From Phoronis australis (taxonomy: Eukaryota; Animalia; Phoronida): a stretch of DNA of 64,000 nucleotides. The DNA lies in assembly GCA_002633005.1 (NCBI GenBank), contig NMRA01000322.1:445150-509149 (forward strand), read 5' to 3'. Positions 1 through 12,720 of the stretch are shown here, piece after piece. A program made the position numbers and the translations under genes. The notes below the pieces were generated by a model that worked only from the letters and a program-made list of their open reading frames with translations, made no database searches and was not told where the DNA came from. Each line of letters begins with the position of its first letter. Within the stretch, counting starts at the first letter, position 1.

Positions 1-862
1 AATTGTATGAACATGTGAGTAGAAGGCACGGAAAAACAAAAGGTATAGAAAACCTCCACAAAATGGCTGATGCACCAACTCCAAATGTGTGGCAAACTAA
101 CTGGATTGGTGTTATGTCGACCTTTTCAGTTATTGCTACTTGTGGGTGGCAACACACTGGAGTCCTAGGCTTCCACGTGTTCAATGCCACATGGTGTTCT
201 GTGTTTAGTTACAGTAACTGTACATTATCTTGCCAACTTTGTTTTGATAATGAATTCTAATAAATTCAAAAGAAGAGTCCAAGGCAAATTTTGAGAAATG
301 TGATTCATGAACAAAGTACAAGGCACTTCACAGTTTGCTCAGCAAGTATTTAAGTCATTTAAATCTTTAGATATTAACAAATAATTTAATAGCTTTTTCT
401 CCGACCACACACACTATAACAAAGTCACAAAACCTGCTTTAATGTTCTGTTTAATGGAATACATCGCACCAAACCGTTTTTGTGTCAGATTTCATTTATC
501 TGAGGTTTACCCAGACCATTCCAAAGCTGCACATTTAAAAAGCTTTGTACCAGGGCTACTGGTGACGCAACCATCTTCATGTGAAATCGCTCCAACCATC
601 TTTGAAACTGTGCCAGTTGTTCCGGGGCCAGTTTCGTGAAGAATTTGTAACCAAGACTTTTTGTCTTTTTACTTTGGCTTTCAGGCAGTTCCGAGCAGGC
701 TATGGATTTCTACCTTGGCTATGAATAGTAGACAGATTTTAGGAATTTTAACCTTAGCCTGGTTTCTTGAAATAATACAAGGTACCCGCAGACTGGTTTT
801 TAAATAAAAGACAAAATAATCCTCCAGAAATAGCCCACTTCAGAGCTTACATATCACTGCTA

Positions 863-952
863 CTAGGTCTTGTCTTTGCGTACCCGCTCAGCCACGGCGG
901 CTACAAATGCTGCTCCACGCCCACTGCCATCTTCAGCCAAGATTAAAGTACA
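863..952 (-). CDS. HK: Hexokinase, last coding exon (CTLILAEDGSGRGAAFVAAVAERVRKDKT*)
   Basis: Acceptor ttttcag at 953-959, phase 0. Contains the hexokinase C-terminal EDGSGxGAA motif and a TAG stop at 863-865. Confidence 0.95.
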   Translation of the reverse strand, partial: CTLILAEDGSGRGAAFVAAVAERVRKDKT

Positions 953-1823
953 CTGAAAACGGTACACAAAAAACAATTTGATTGTCAAGTTAAATACGCC
1001 ACATATTAACAGCTACAGCCTAAGTACAGTAAGTTTTAGAATTGTGTACATAAAAATTGTACATGACTGACAAGGTGCGTGTAAACTAATTATTAAAAGA
1101 AACGAAGGGTCAGCTATGGGTTACTAATACATGGGCAAAGGCAAATTAGGACCAGATGGCATCTATTATTAAGCAATACAAGAACATCCTCCAATACACT
1201 GATAAATAGTGATTAAGCAATACCACAAGAAAGTCTTGCAATAGCTAAATCAGCATTTCCTTTGCAAGTAACCGTAACAGGGGAGAGTTTTGTTCTTCAT
1301 GGTTCAGTACTGCTAGAGATATGAAGTGCTTATCCTACCACAGACGTATAAAAAAGGTACTTTCCCGTGGATGAAATGTATCCTCGCAAATGCATAAAGT
1401 GTTTGTTCACAACAAGACACATGGATGTGAAAGCTGCCAGAATTGTCCTTATTTTCTCTCAGTGTTTGGAGATTCCTTTTTATACCAGCTTCTATGTCAG
1501 CTTTAAAACTCCGATAAAATATGAAATTTATGAGTTTAAAAATTTCTTTTGTACATTTTTAAACTCCAATGTAATTTGGTCAATGTCCACACCGATTATT
1601 TCAGTATTATTAATGGGAAATTACCTCAGATTGCATTGCTATTGTACGAGTATCTCAATGATGCTACCTGTCCTGGAAATATAACTCAAATAAAAACAGT
1701 ATTTTTAGGACAAAAACGTACTCATTTTAATAATCTTTAACGGAATTTTGCGGTGTTTTTACTAAAAAGTGGTCTTTGCCCGACACCCTCGAGCACGAAT
1801 CAACAACAGCGTACTGGACTCAC

Positions 1824-1957
1824 CTTTGTTGCTGGTGCTAACTCTCCGATGACTTCCAACATGAGGTCATGAAGTTTAGGATGATAGGCGTATACAGAAC
1901 CATCTATGGCCACAGTGGCTTTAGGTTTATTGATGTGGCGAAGAAGCACCGACGTGA
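1824..1957 (-). CDS. HK: Hexokinase exon (TSVLLRHINKPKATVAIDGSVYAYHPKLHDLMLEVIGELAPATK)
   Basis: ttttag acceptor and AAG|gtgagt donor. Contains the conserved VAIDGSVY..HP (adenosine-binding) motif. Confidence 0.95.
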
Positions 1958-2655
1958 CTAAAATGGAAGTGATAGAAAAATGACATAATCAATGGCACAG
2001 TCTTATAAGTACATAACATTTACAAAAGTCACAAACGCCAACTCTTAGATTCAAGGTACACAAGATTTTGAGATCTAATTAAAAATAGTTACATTAGTGC
2101 TGTGGTTGGCAAGTCTTATGTACACGCTTGTGTTAATCATTATGCAGGCCTACTTAATGAAAAATTCAGGACATGATGCAGTGTTCGGATCTGAGGACGT
2201 TCTTACGACACTGCTGCTGTTTTATTGCGACAGATGCAGAAGTTAACAGTGCATGTGCGTCACCAGGGCATATAAAATTCTCAAATTTCTTCGAAACTGG
2301 CACAAGGAATTTGCATAGATAAAACATGCCTCAATAATTGTGCGTTCCTATGTTTGCTGGTTCTCACATTTAGCTTAAAAGTTCATCCCTTTTCCAGTCC
2401 TTGAGGACCTTGGGCACATAATGAAGGTAAAATTTAAACACTGCACATACGTGTGGATACTGAGGGCTTACTATTACCAGATATTAAAAACTACTTTCTA
2501 ACCCAGTTCCCTAAAACAAAACAATGTTCGTTAACCCTTGACAACCCTCAAAAGTTTGGAGCATATTTTAAAATCTCCTTACCAAGTGTGCTAAAAAGCA
2601 AGCAAGACCTACACTTCAGCAGAGTTAATGACAACTACATGGAGAGACCACCTAA

Positions 2656-3224
2656 GGGCTGTTCCAATGAAATCTGTATGGGAGGCGGGGGAAGGCACCT
2701 TTTTTTCGAAACCACCACCCATATTTTTCTTTTATTTCTTCAGCCTGTCACCCGTAATTTTTTAAAAGTTTGAAATGCAACCACCCGTAATTTTTTTGTT
2801 CTTGTGATTGACTGCACAGGCGCTTGAGTTTATCTGTTCCTCAATCACCACTAACGTCATTCATTACTAAGAAAACATATGTTTCTTATATATGGTTATT
2901 AGCCATGGAGAAATTTGAGCACCTGTGGTTAAATGGTGTTATGGGCATGCCGATGAGGAGATCGGAGGGAGAGAAAAAGTCGGAGCTTTTCGCAAGTTGC
3001 ATTTTTGTTTCAGTTTTTGATTCTGTGCGTATGGTTTATAAAATTTACTAAAATTACCCACCAACAAACATTTATGGCCCAATGAAACAACAACGACCTG
3101 TAAATTTTAATTTCTTTGAAGTACGACCACCAGCCATTTTGAATTTAAATCAAACGCGACTACCCATAAATTTTTATTTCAGTTGCCTTCCCCCCCTCCC
3201 ACACAGATTTTGCTGGAACAGCCC
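2656..3224. mobile_element. PIF/Harbinger-type (Tourist-like) MITE, copy 1
   Basis: TIRs GGGCTGTTCCA...TGGAACAGCCC extend imperfectly for about 45 bp. 3-bp TSD TAA at 2653-2655 and 3225-3227. Related copy at 35583-36400. Confidence 0.85.
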
Positions 3225-3985
3225 TAACAAAAACCATGTCTCGATTTTCCATTTACAAGAGAGTCACAGTTTTAACTTGAATCTCGCTTTTATCTCTCAA
3301 GTGTTACGCCAGTGTGCATGACGGGGTGCAAAACAATGATTGCTTGAAATCAACAAAATGCACATTAGTACCCCCTTAAAGTGGCTATTTGTCACAAAAA
3401 CAGATTTTTTCTTACAGATCACTTATCATTACCAAATTGGTATCAAAATAATCCTTACACAAAATAGGTGTCATTCGTGGCCTTAGAAAGTACAGTTCAT
3501 TATAGCTAGAGAACAAGTTCTACAAGTTGTCTTGTCACTGCGTGTCATTTTATCCGTCAAGCATGGTCTTGAGGAATAACGAACTATAACTTCTTTGCTA
3601 GACCAAGAAACCTTTTGAGCTGATAAAAAGAATAATTTAATACACATTTTATAGCAGTAAATGGTTTATATCAAAATTTAATTTCTTTGACAGAATACAG
3701 GTTTATTCTTGATTTAAAATGTCACAAAAAGTTTCAATGGTGTGGCACCATCATGTGTTGACCTATTACAGTTAGTATGAGAAGCTTTCTGTGCATGAAG
3801 TTATGAGAAGCCATTGCTGCATCAAACTACCGACGCGCGGAAATGAAATCTCTTAGAAAATTAGGCTGGTCGAATGTGGTGTAGTTGGTACACAAGAGAC
3901 TCAGTACACAAGAGTTAAAACACTAGTTAACAACAAAGGCACGTATACAGTAAAAAGACAGTCCAATCTTAACCAAAAGATAAGA

Positions 3986-4124
3986 GGAGGCAGTGTGGCC
4001 TGGTTGATAAGTGCCCGCTTTCTTTACTCGAGGTCGTGGGTTCAAGTCCCACCAGGTCACACTGCTAAACCCTTGAGCCAGGTTTCTAGCTCCTCAGCTC
4101 GGTTTTAACCATATATCAATAAAG
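3986..4124 (+). mobile_element. tRNA-derived SINE 5' part (runs into the assembly gap)
   Basis: A box TGGCCTGGTTG (about 3996) and B box GGTTCAAGTCC (about 4039), followed by a CCCTTGAGC-type body. No complete cloverleaf is visible. Confidence 0.65.
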
Positions 4125-4596
4125 NNNNNNNNNNNNNNNNNNNNNNNNNNNNNNNNNNNNNNNNNNNNNNNNNNNNNNNNNNNNNNNNNNNNNNNNNNNN
4201 NNNNNNNNNNNNNNNNNNNNNNNNNNNNNNNNNNNNNNNNNNNNNNNNNNNNNNNNNNNNNNNNNNNNNNNNNNNNNNNNNNNNNNNNNNNNNNNNNNNN
4301 NNNNNNNNNNNNNNNNNNNNNNNNNNNNNNNNNNNNNNNNNNNNNNNNNNNNNNNNNNNNNNNNNNNNNNNNNNNNNNNNNNNNNNNNNNNNNNNNNNNN
4401 NNNNNNNNNNNNNNNNNNNNNNNNNNNNNNNNNNNNNNNNNNNNNNNNNNNNNNNNNNNNNNNNNNNNNNNNNNNNNNNNNNNNNNNNNNNNNNNNNNNN
4501 NNNNNNNNNNNNNNNNNNNNNNNNNNNNNNNNNNNNNNNNNNNNNNNNNNNNNNNNNNNNNNNNNNNNNNNNNNNNNNNNNNNNNNNNNNNNNNNN
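4125..4596. other. Assembly gap (472 N) hiding the 3' end of a hexokinase exon
   Basis: Run of N; the hexokinase reading frame runs into it from 4597. Confidence 0.99.
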
Positions 4597-4728
4597 AGTT
4601 GAGCGGCTCTAATGGATAACACAGAACAGATGTAGCGCACTATGTTGATGTCATCATCTGTGGACAGACCATCCAGCTCAAGAGTCTTTAAAACGGCCAG
4701 AGTATTCTCCACTGACGACCCCTGATCT
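4597..4728 (-). CDS. HK: Hexokinase exon, 3' end lost in gap (DQGSSVENTLAVLKTLELDGLSTDDDINIVRYICSVLSIRAAQL...)
   Basis: tatttcag acceptor, phase-compatible with the 5032-5187 exon. Matches the hexokinase helix D..IVR.IC..VS.RAA.L. Confidence 0.93.
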
Positions 4729-5031
4729 CTGAAATACAATGCAGTTCACAAAAAGATCAGGTCAGAGCATTTTGTTAAACATGACATTACCTTTACACTC
4801 CTCATTCAAGGGCAAATGGAATGGCGTGTTCAACAAAACGTCTTAAACTTTAATTCTTTAAACAAAAGTCAAGCCATGTTTTAAAAGAAGGCAGTTAAAT
4901 TCCAAAGTTAAGAACACTTAAATTTTCAGGCCACGCAGTAGAGCACTCAGTTTCATTACGTGAGAGTGTAAGTCCACTCAAATTCACAATAGGCCAATGG
5001 CATAAACTTCCTGCAGCTGACAACATCTTAC

Positions 5032-5187
5032 CTCTCAACATCTGAGATATTAGACATGGAAAATGACCCTTCTTGGAACAGATTCTCGGACCCTTTCCCT
5101 TGGAATGCAAGGCCGTCTTTAACAAGTTTAGCTAGCACCAACCTCACCAACTCCCCCATGTAGAAGCCCGAGAAATGCTTCTCAAAT
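5032..5187 (-). CDS. HK: Hexokinase exon (FEKHFSGFYMGELVRLVLAKLVKDGLAFQGKGSENLFQEGSFSMSNISDVE)
   Basis: gtcag acceptor and GAG|gtaag donor. FEK..SG.Y.GELVRL motif. Confidence 0.95.
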
Positions 5188-6140
5188 CTGACAACAAAAA
5201 TTTCATAAACTGTTAAAGGTACATCATTTCTTCAAAAATCCCCTGGTATGAACAAGATTTTTTTCACAGCTTTAGCGACTGGCTGGAATCTGGTGGGGAG
5301 TCATAAAAGAAAGGATTGCGGCTAAGTTCCCACTTATGGTAATTCTGCACCTACTTAGTTCACAATATGTCCGACAAAAGGAATTCTATTTTGTTAAATT
5401 TCTCCACAAAAGTAAGGATTAATAAGATTAGTTTTTTACAAGCATGGTTTACAGTGTGTACATGTCCCGTTATCTGCAAAATGGGGTAATCAGCCTTTGT
5501 CAATTATTTCTGTGCCAAATAAGTAGAGAATTACCCAAGTTAAAAAACTAATTTCGTTGCTTGTGCAGTTATTTTCAAAATGTTGCAGGACATCGCCTTT
5601 TTTCTTAAAACACTGAGATTTCAGAATGAGTCGAGCGCAGATCAACGCCAATACTAAATGCTACTGTGGCCTCAAAATACTTCACTGCGCAAGCAGGAAC
5701 TGAAAGAAGTGTACAGTACTAACACCGCATGTTACTACAGTTTTTAGGTACAAATCCTGGTTTTTTTGCCGTTTTGAATGAGCACAATATACTTTTGTTA
5801 TTCCAACTTGAACATCTGCAATGCCTGATAAACAACTGAATCATCATTTCATGATCAAAATCTTGCGTGAGTAACAACATAGGCAGTGTTTATGACGTTC
5901 ATCATTTCATCGAGGATCAGTCTTGATTTTTACAAGGAGCTCAAAGTGAACAGTGCGATTTTTCTGGCGAAAGTGAAGACAAAGCACTTGACCACAGCAA
6001 GCCAGGTACGTGTGAAGTTGCTCAATGTTCTCTTGATCCAGCCACACCAGGGTCTGCAGGATTAGTGAGGTGTGGGGTTCAGACTGCTCTGGCTGTGCGA
6101 GAAGTTGAGCATGTAAGCTTGAGTGAAAATCTGAATAAAG

Positions 6141-6500
6141 GGTATGCCTCCTTTTGTTACTATCGACCCTTTTAGTTTCCATGCCGTGAGAAAAGTATTT
6201 GGAGAAATTTGGAATAATGTGAATATTTGGATACGTGGTATGCCTCTTTTTGTTTTTATCCAACCTTTTAATTTTCATGAGCTCAGAAAATGTTTGGAGA
6301 TATTAAGAATAATGCAGTTATCTGACAATTAATGGTACCCTTCTGTTTACTTCTCTGTTGGCGCTTTCAGTTTCCATGCGAGAGAAAACATCTGGAGAAA
6401 TTTTGAATAATGCGAAAATCAGAGGATAAATGGTATGCTTCTGTTTGTTTCTGTCGGTGCTTTTAATTTTAATGAGCTGGGAAAAACATTGGGAAAAATA
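6141..6500. repeat. Diverged tandem repeat, about 96-97 bp x 4
   Basis: Units start GGTATGC/GGTACCC near 6142, 6237, 6334 and 6432. Each has ...GAAAA...TGGAGA...GAATAATG. Confidence 0.75.
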
Positions 6501-6997
6501 ACCAACTACAATACTGACAACAATGTAAACAGTGAAGGATCTCCTGGTCACACATTGCTGACACACTGCTTGTGACTCACCAAACGCACTGGATGACCTT
6601 TCCAGTTTAACAGAGCATGTGAGAGTGAATTGCAAGTAAGGCATGAATGGCGACATGTAGAAGGGCAACTGAGCTTTTGGATTTTAGTTATTAGTAAACC
6701 ACATAATGAAATGCTTTATACGTTATTATCATTGATACCGGGATTAGCACTTTAAGAAGCTATCTCAACACTGGTTCCAGATCCTTTTTGCCACTTTTCA
6801 ATAATTCAGTTTTCTTTAAATAGCAAATATTGTTTACAGCATCGCAGGCCGTTTCAGCCACATAATGAGTATTTTTCATAATCATGAGAAGAGGGTCATG
6901 TATTATGGTTGGCTCAGGGTTGTACTAATGTGTATCTGTAGAAGACGTGGCAAGTTTTCTCATTCATCATTACGACCATCACTGGTGAAAGCCTTAC

Positions 6998-7110
6998 GTG
7001 AAAGATCCTACGTGATTGGAATTTCTGTCCACCTCTAAATCGTACTCGGTCTTGATGAACTGTAGACATCCGTTGTCACCAAACGCACCCCACTCAACGT
7101 CAATTATCAC
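6998..7110 (-). CDS. HK: Hexokinase exon (VIIDVEWGAFGDNGCLQFIKTEYDLEVDRNSNHVGSF)
   Basis: ttcaag acceptor and CAC|gtaagg donor. EWGAFGD sugar-binding motif. Confidence 0.95.
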
Positions 7111-8269
7111 CTTGAATGAAAACGTATGTCTAGTAACAACAGTAATTCAAATGCGATAGTGCTAGCTTGAAACAGACACTCGACTGCAGTGTACCAGAGA
7201 GCGTTGTATAGACCAAAGTTTTTGCGAGAACGGCGAGATCTTGCAAGAACTCACAGAGTATATCGCGAGTATACACATGAGCTTACTACCAAGATGGCGG
7301 CCACTGAAGTGATTGGTCGGTGAGGTTGGAGAGTTGAACTGTGGGATTAAATTCATATTCCATAAGCAGAAATTTTGGCTTGGGTGAAACCTCAAGTCTT
7401 GTAGTTCATGGATTGTAACCCATGTCAATCTTCCAATAATTACAAACACTTTCCAGCAAGTTGGATCATGCGCCATCCTCCAGCAGTCCTCCAGATGTCC
7501 AGCTGTGGCCCATTTGACAAAGAATTCTAGAATGCACTGCAGTAAGAAATCCTCCACAGATTAAGTGAAAGTCACCTAAAAATAACTTTCAAATGTCAAT
7601 CACTCAGGTTATGCTACACCTCGTTCCTGGAAAAAGTTTGCTTTCTTTTCTGGAGGTAAGTGCCATTTACACAGCTGTATGAAATTATCCCAATTTATTT
7701 TTTGAAATTAGCCTGTTTACAATATCTAGTGCCTAGACCCAATCCCCCCTCAAGAACAGAGGTCTGAAAAACAACTTTCAAAAGCTTAATTTGAACCATG
7801 TTATGTACAGACAAAAGTTTCAATTAAATGACATCTGCACATATCAGTAGTTGTGATGGTTAAGTTCATGGTCCATAAGTAAATAGATCAATTAATTACC
7901 AAAGCGCCTACTATTTGCTAGAATGGGTACAAATCTGGATGCATGAGCTGCCGTCAATGATAAGACAGTAGATTACAAAAAAATTGACAAATTTCATTGA
8001 AATATGTTTAACATTGCTGACGGAAAATAACAGCCACTAACTGGTTAGACAAATACGGCATTTTTGCTTTCAAACTTTGTCAACTATCATTGAGTAGAGG
8101 TTTCATTGAGTTATTTTTAGAACTACAAATGTCTACAATATATTAATTTTCTTTTGAAAAAGAGTGAAATGTCACAAAATATAATTTAAAAATCATACTA
8201 CAGTGGAACATCATTACCATAGGACACAACATGGTGGACAAGTGAAATTTGGGAATAAAGCAGAAAATA

Positions 8270-8860
8270 TGTCAAACCCGTCTGGAAGTAGGAAAGTATC
8301 ACCCTCTCACTGATAGCAACCCACTTGTTAAACTTCATGAAAATTCGTCAAGAACTCCAAAGATACAGCAGCAATAATAAAAAAATGCCACTGGGAGGCA
8401 CAGTGATGATTGGATCCAACCGAAACAAGTCGTCATCTGTTGTCATGTCCATAGGAATATGCTTGCCACATTTCACCATGATACTGTAAGTTGCTTAAGA
8501 GATGCAGCTGTGGATGTAAAAAATGCCACTAGGGTGCGCCGCACTAATTGAACTCATTCAAAAATCAGCACGAGTAATTTTCTTCTCAGCAGGAACACAT
8601 CTGCCAATTTCATAATTATATATCCTATGAGTGGTTTGGCAGATAAAGAGGTGGACGCCAAAACACAGAGAGCAGTAAATAATAAAAATGGCCTATAGAT
8701 TGAGCTGTATATGTCACATCCAACTGAAAATGGGAAGGCATAATCATCTCTTTAATAGAAATCTCTTCGCCAACTTTCATGAAAATCCATCTGGGATTCT
8801 TAACTTTTCAGAGACAAAGGGAAAATGCTAAAATTGGCACTTAGGAGCAAAGTCTGCAAG
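8270..8860 (+). repeat. Dispersed repeat family of degenerate 110-150 bp units (copy 1)
   Basis: Recurring TTTCATGAAAAT(C/T)C.TC, GATACAG and CCACT(A/G)GG..GC motifs. The same family occurs at about 11900-12720, 21810-22020 and, reversed, 26250-26900. Confidence 0.6.
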
Positions 8861-9007
8861 TTGTAGTCACCTTCAAAGAAGCATACAAGTATGTATATGA
8901 GGGGACAGAATAGGTTGGTCATTGGTTTCTAGGGGGCTACTTGGGCAATTATTTTTGTTCTAAATTGGTGAGATTTTACCAATGATATGGACATGACAAT
9001 AGCCAAC

Positions 9008-9187
9008 CTGCTTGGGATCATCGACTGGCTCCGCCCACTTGTCAATCCGTTCTAGGTGTTCCATATAGCAGGCATTGGACCCAGTGCCCAGGATGAGTCC
9101 TATCTCACAGTGATGGTCCAGGTAAGCTCCGGCCATCATGGTGCCTGTAGTGTCATTCAAGATGGCTACCACGTTGACCGACACGTC
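9008..9187 (-). CDS. HK: Hexokinase catalytic exon ([60 protein letters not shown])
   Basis: cacag acceptor and CAG|gttggc donor, 180 nt, phase 0-0. Contains NDTTGT (catalytic Asp) and [12 protein letters not shown] (phosphate 2). Confidence 0.97.
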
Positions 9188-10683
9188 CTGTGAGTATTAG
9201 ATTGCTGAGTGTTAAAGCGTGAAAATCAGGTAACATGATCACAGAACACATACCCACACTCACATATGTTATACAGATATACAGGCCTCAACATAACCGA
9301 GTATATGCTCGAAAGGATGAGTAGAAAAAGTGAAATATGAATAGGACATTGACCTCACTCGTATTATATCATCAAACCGGTATGGAGCGGGCATTCGTCT
9401 GTTTTTGTCTGTCATTTTTACAAGTCCAAATCTGGATATATGAGCATGCATCTTCGCCTGAGTCGAGTGCTGCATATATATATAATGTATATAGTGACTC
9501 TTCACCAGTTTAGCACATAATATGGAGAGCAATGCATGTGGAATTTTCTTTTGTCAAATTTCTCAGCTACAAGATTTATGTATTTTTAAAACCTTACTAG
9601 AAACTTTCTTAATATTGTCACAAAAGAGCACATTATTTGGAGCAAATCAGTATTTGAAAAATGTAAAAACAGCAGTATCAGCAATTATTCTATAATAAAT
9701 TTGGTATGCACAGGCTTTGTAACTGTTCCACCACGAGTCTTGACAAAAACCTACTCATTGTATTGAACACAAGTACAGGGAAATGTATACAAAAGGGGAC
9801 AACCAACACCATGAACTGTAATGTGGAATTATTCCCTCTTTAGACTGTAAATGCTGTTCCCAACATACTGGACTGCAAAGCAGGCTCTTCGTTGCTGTGG
9901 TAACCTTTTTAGATTTTCAAAAGTGTCCAACTAGTTATGGTACATTTTTGATAGAAAAACATTGTTTACTTTAGGCCATTTATTTTTTAAAAACATTGTT
10001 GGTATGTAGTGTGTGCAGTTTGTCACACAGATGCAATTCCAAAATATGTAGTTGTCATGGCAACGATGAAGTCAAAGCTTGGCAACTCCCTTAAGTCTTC
10101 ATGATTGGTTACTAAAATGATTTGAGCATTGTTGCCTAAATTCTAACAAGGTACTAAAATTGGAGAAAACGCCTGGTTACCAAGATAATGATATCCACTT
10201 CAACTTAGCAAGACCCTTAAGTTTTAATGAGTCAATCAAAGTACTATTAGAAAGGTTGCCTGCTGCAGAAAATTCCAAGCCCTTTAACATAAATTTTCCC
10301 TCAAACAAAAATTTGCTTATTTAGGTTGGCAAAATACATGGTTACCATGACAACGGTGCATAATTCAGTTTAGCAAGCTCTAAAAGTTTCAAGTGAGGGC
10401 CACTTTAAGCACTTTAAGTACTTTAAGTACAGTTGTCTGCTTCTAACATGACTGCTATCAAATCTAAAATTAATGATTTTCGCCATCAACACAAATTGGC
10501 AAAAGTAAATCTGGTGAATTTTCACGAAAGGCTTCCCTGATGAACATAAAAATAATCTCAACATTCAGGAATAAGATGGCACAAAGCAATGCAACAATAG
10601 TCAATGACAAGAAACAAACATGTATCAACCAGACGTTGAATTCCTTTTCAAGAAGTACAAGCACCTGAGTTCAGTTTGCTCAC

Positions 10684-10823
10684 CCCTATTTCTGCAATGG
10701 CCTCTTCTAGACACCGTGCTGCATCCTGCCCTACCCCATCGGGGCACTTGAAACTCTTCGTCCAGGTGACTAGGAAACCACTGTTTATGCTCTTTTGCTC
10801 CATGGGAAAGGAGAAAGTAAATC
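10684..10823 (-). CDS. HK: Hexokinase exon (GFTFSFPMEQKSINSGFLVTWTKSFKCPDGVGQDAARCLEEAIAEIG)
   Basis: tttag acceptor and GGG|gtgagc donor. GFTFSFP...WTK.F hexokinase signature. Confidence 0.97.
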
Positions 10824-11593
10824 CTAAAGGGCCAGACAGGAATGAAAATCCTCATCAGATACCCAGCTCATAACCGACAATACAAATAAAATTAATACAA
10901 AAATAGTTTCGGCAAAATCTTAACAATGTCATCTAGTCTCGTTTGAGATATAAAAATATCGAAGAAAACTCATGGAAAATTAAAGGTGCAGCAAACCAGT
11001 CCTCTATTGAAAAGTTTTTGATAACGGACACTTGATGCTTTAACACCAGTCTCAACTTTTTCATAACGAGAAGCAGTCTAAATCGAAAGTATTTTTTGCA
11101 GAAAATGGATTTACAGCACCTTCAACTGCAAATCATTAGAAAACAATGCTAAGAATGTGATATACAGTCGAACAAGACAAGTATTTTTTGGGGAAAAATA
11201 CAGCAGAATTGCACAACTTAACTTCAAAGTCCATCTGTCATCCACAAAAAGTGACTAATTCTGGAACAATGCATGTCTTAACATTAAAGCTCCATGCAGC
11301 ATAATTTTAGAAATTCACAAATTTAAGTCATGTAACCACAGAGTTTTTCCTTTGCATGTATTTCAAAAATTGTAAATTTTGAGATTTTTTTCTGGAAATT
11401 TCCTCAGAGGGGAAGTGAATTACTTAGTAATAGACGTTGCGAGATGGTACATTAATCAGGAATTGTTTAAAAGATATTTCTGACAAGCTTTTGCGTTCCA
11501 TGCCTCTTTAAACAGAAAGTTACCTAACAAACGGGTTAATTCAATCCCTAACACAAAATCACAAATGTAGTGAACAAAGTCATAGTGGCATAC

Positions 11594-11672
11594 CAAGAGG
11601 TAAGTGTTGGTGTTCACTTAAGTGTTCATCTTTTACAAATCTGGAAATACTCTCTGCCAAGTAACGATACAC
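11594..11672 (-). CDS. HK: Hexokinase exon (VYRYLAESISRFVKDEHLSEHQHLPL)
   Basis: ttttag acceptor and TTG|gtatg donor, 79 nt. Links a phase-0 neighbour to a phase-1 neighbour and gives LPLG-FTFSFP across the junction. Confidence 0.92.
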
Positions 11673-11899
11673 CTAAAACAAAGGGAAGTGATTTAGTATA
11701 CCAAGGATGAAATCGTCACAGGTAGCAGTAACAGGACAACTGATATTCACTAAATGGTGCTCATACAAACAACCAAGAGCAACACTTAGCCTTGAAATGT
11801 GCCCATGGCTGCACCACAAACAGAAAGGATCCAGGCGTGTTTATAAGTATCATAAAAAGCCATGAGATGGCACCGAATATATCAAAGAGCAATTAAGCT

Positions 11900-12720
11900 A
11901 AAGATATAAAAGTAAACACTAAAACTGCTACTAGCGGGCAAAGTGGTAGTCAGGGTTGTCTTAAAGTCAGCAATGGTATGAACACATCCGTTAAGTTTAA
12001 AAAGCGAACACCAAAAATGGACTCCAAAAATAGAGAAAAACAGCCGCTAGGTGGTGCAAAAATGCAACGGATCCACTCGAAAATGAACAGAATCGTCGTC
12101 TCTTCAATGGAAACCATTTCCCAAATTTCATGGAAAACCATCTAGGAACACCGAAGATACAGAGGCAAACAAAAATTAACTACAAGTGACACTAGGGGAT
12201 ACAGTGTAAGTTAGTCTGAAATTTGGCATCATCTGTTGCCAGCTCCACAGTAAAACATGCATCAAATCTCACAAAGTTCCTACAAAGGGTCAAGGCGATA
12301 CAGCCATAAATTAAAAAAAATCACAACTAGGGATGCTAAAGTAATAAAACCCTCCCGAAAATCAACGTCAGCCACAATCTTCTCATCAGAAACACATCTG
12401 ACAATTTTCACAATCATCCCTTCAACAGTTTGGTTGATAGGGAGGCGGATGCAAAGAACGGATTCAAAAATTTTTAAAATGCCAACTAGTTGTAGTAGAA
12501 TATCTCAAATCCCTCTCAAAATTGGATAAGTTTTCTCCCTCCTTAGTATAACCCTATTTGCCAAATGTCATGAAAATCCATTCCGTAACTCTGAAGATAC
12601 AGAGCCAAACATAAGAAATTAAACTTTCCACTCGGGGGCAATCAAAATTCACTGCCATCTGTTGTCAGCTTCATAGGAACACATCTGACAAATCTCATTA
12701 AGACCCATTGAGGGTACACA
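11900..12720 (+). repeat. Dispersed degenerate-unit repeat family (copy 2)
   Basis: Same unit motifs as 8270-8860 (CAAATTTCATG, GAAGATACAGAG, C.CTAGG.GG). Confidence 0.6.

Noticed and set aside
1-860. Short plus-strand ORFs (3-260, 442-639) as genes
   Set aside because: No recognisable protein motifs; the region is the probable hexokinase 3' UTR and downstream flank on the minus strand.
3986-4060. Functional tRNA gene
   Set aside because: A and B boxes are present but acceptor and anticodon stems are not convincing, and a SINE-type body follows.
4116-4739. 207-aa ORF in the supplied track
   Set aside because: Mostly translated Ns; only 4597-4728 is real hexokinase exon.
7400-7600. EnSpm/CACTA transposase fragment (QLWPI in a plus frame)
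   Set aside because: A five-residue resemblance followed by a stop, with no TIR or other motif; insufficient without a profile search.
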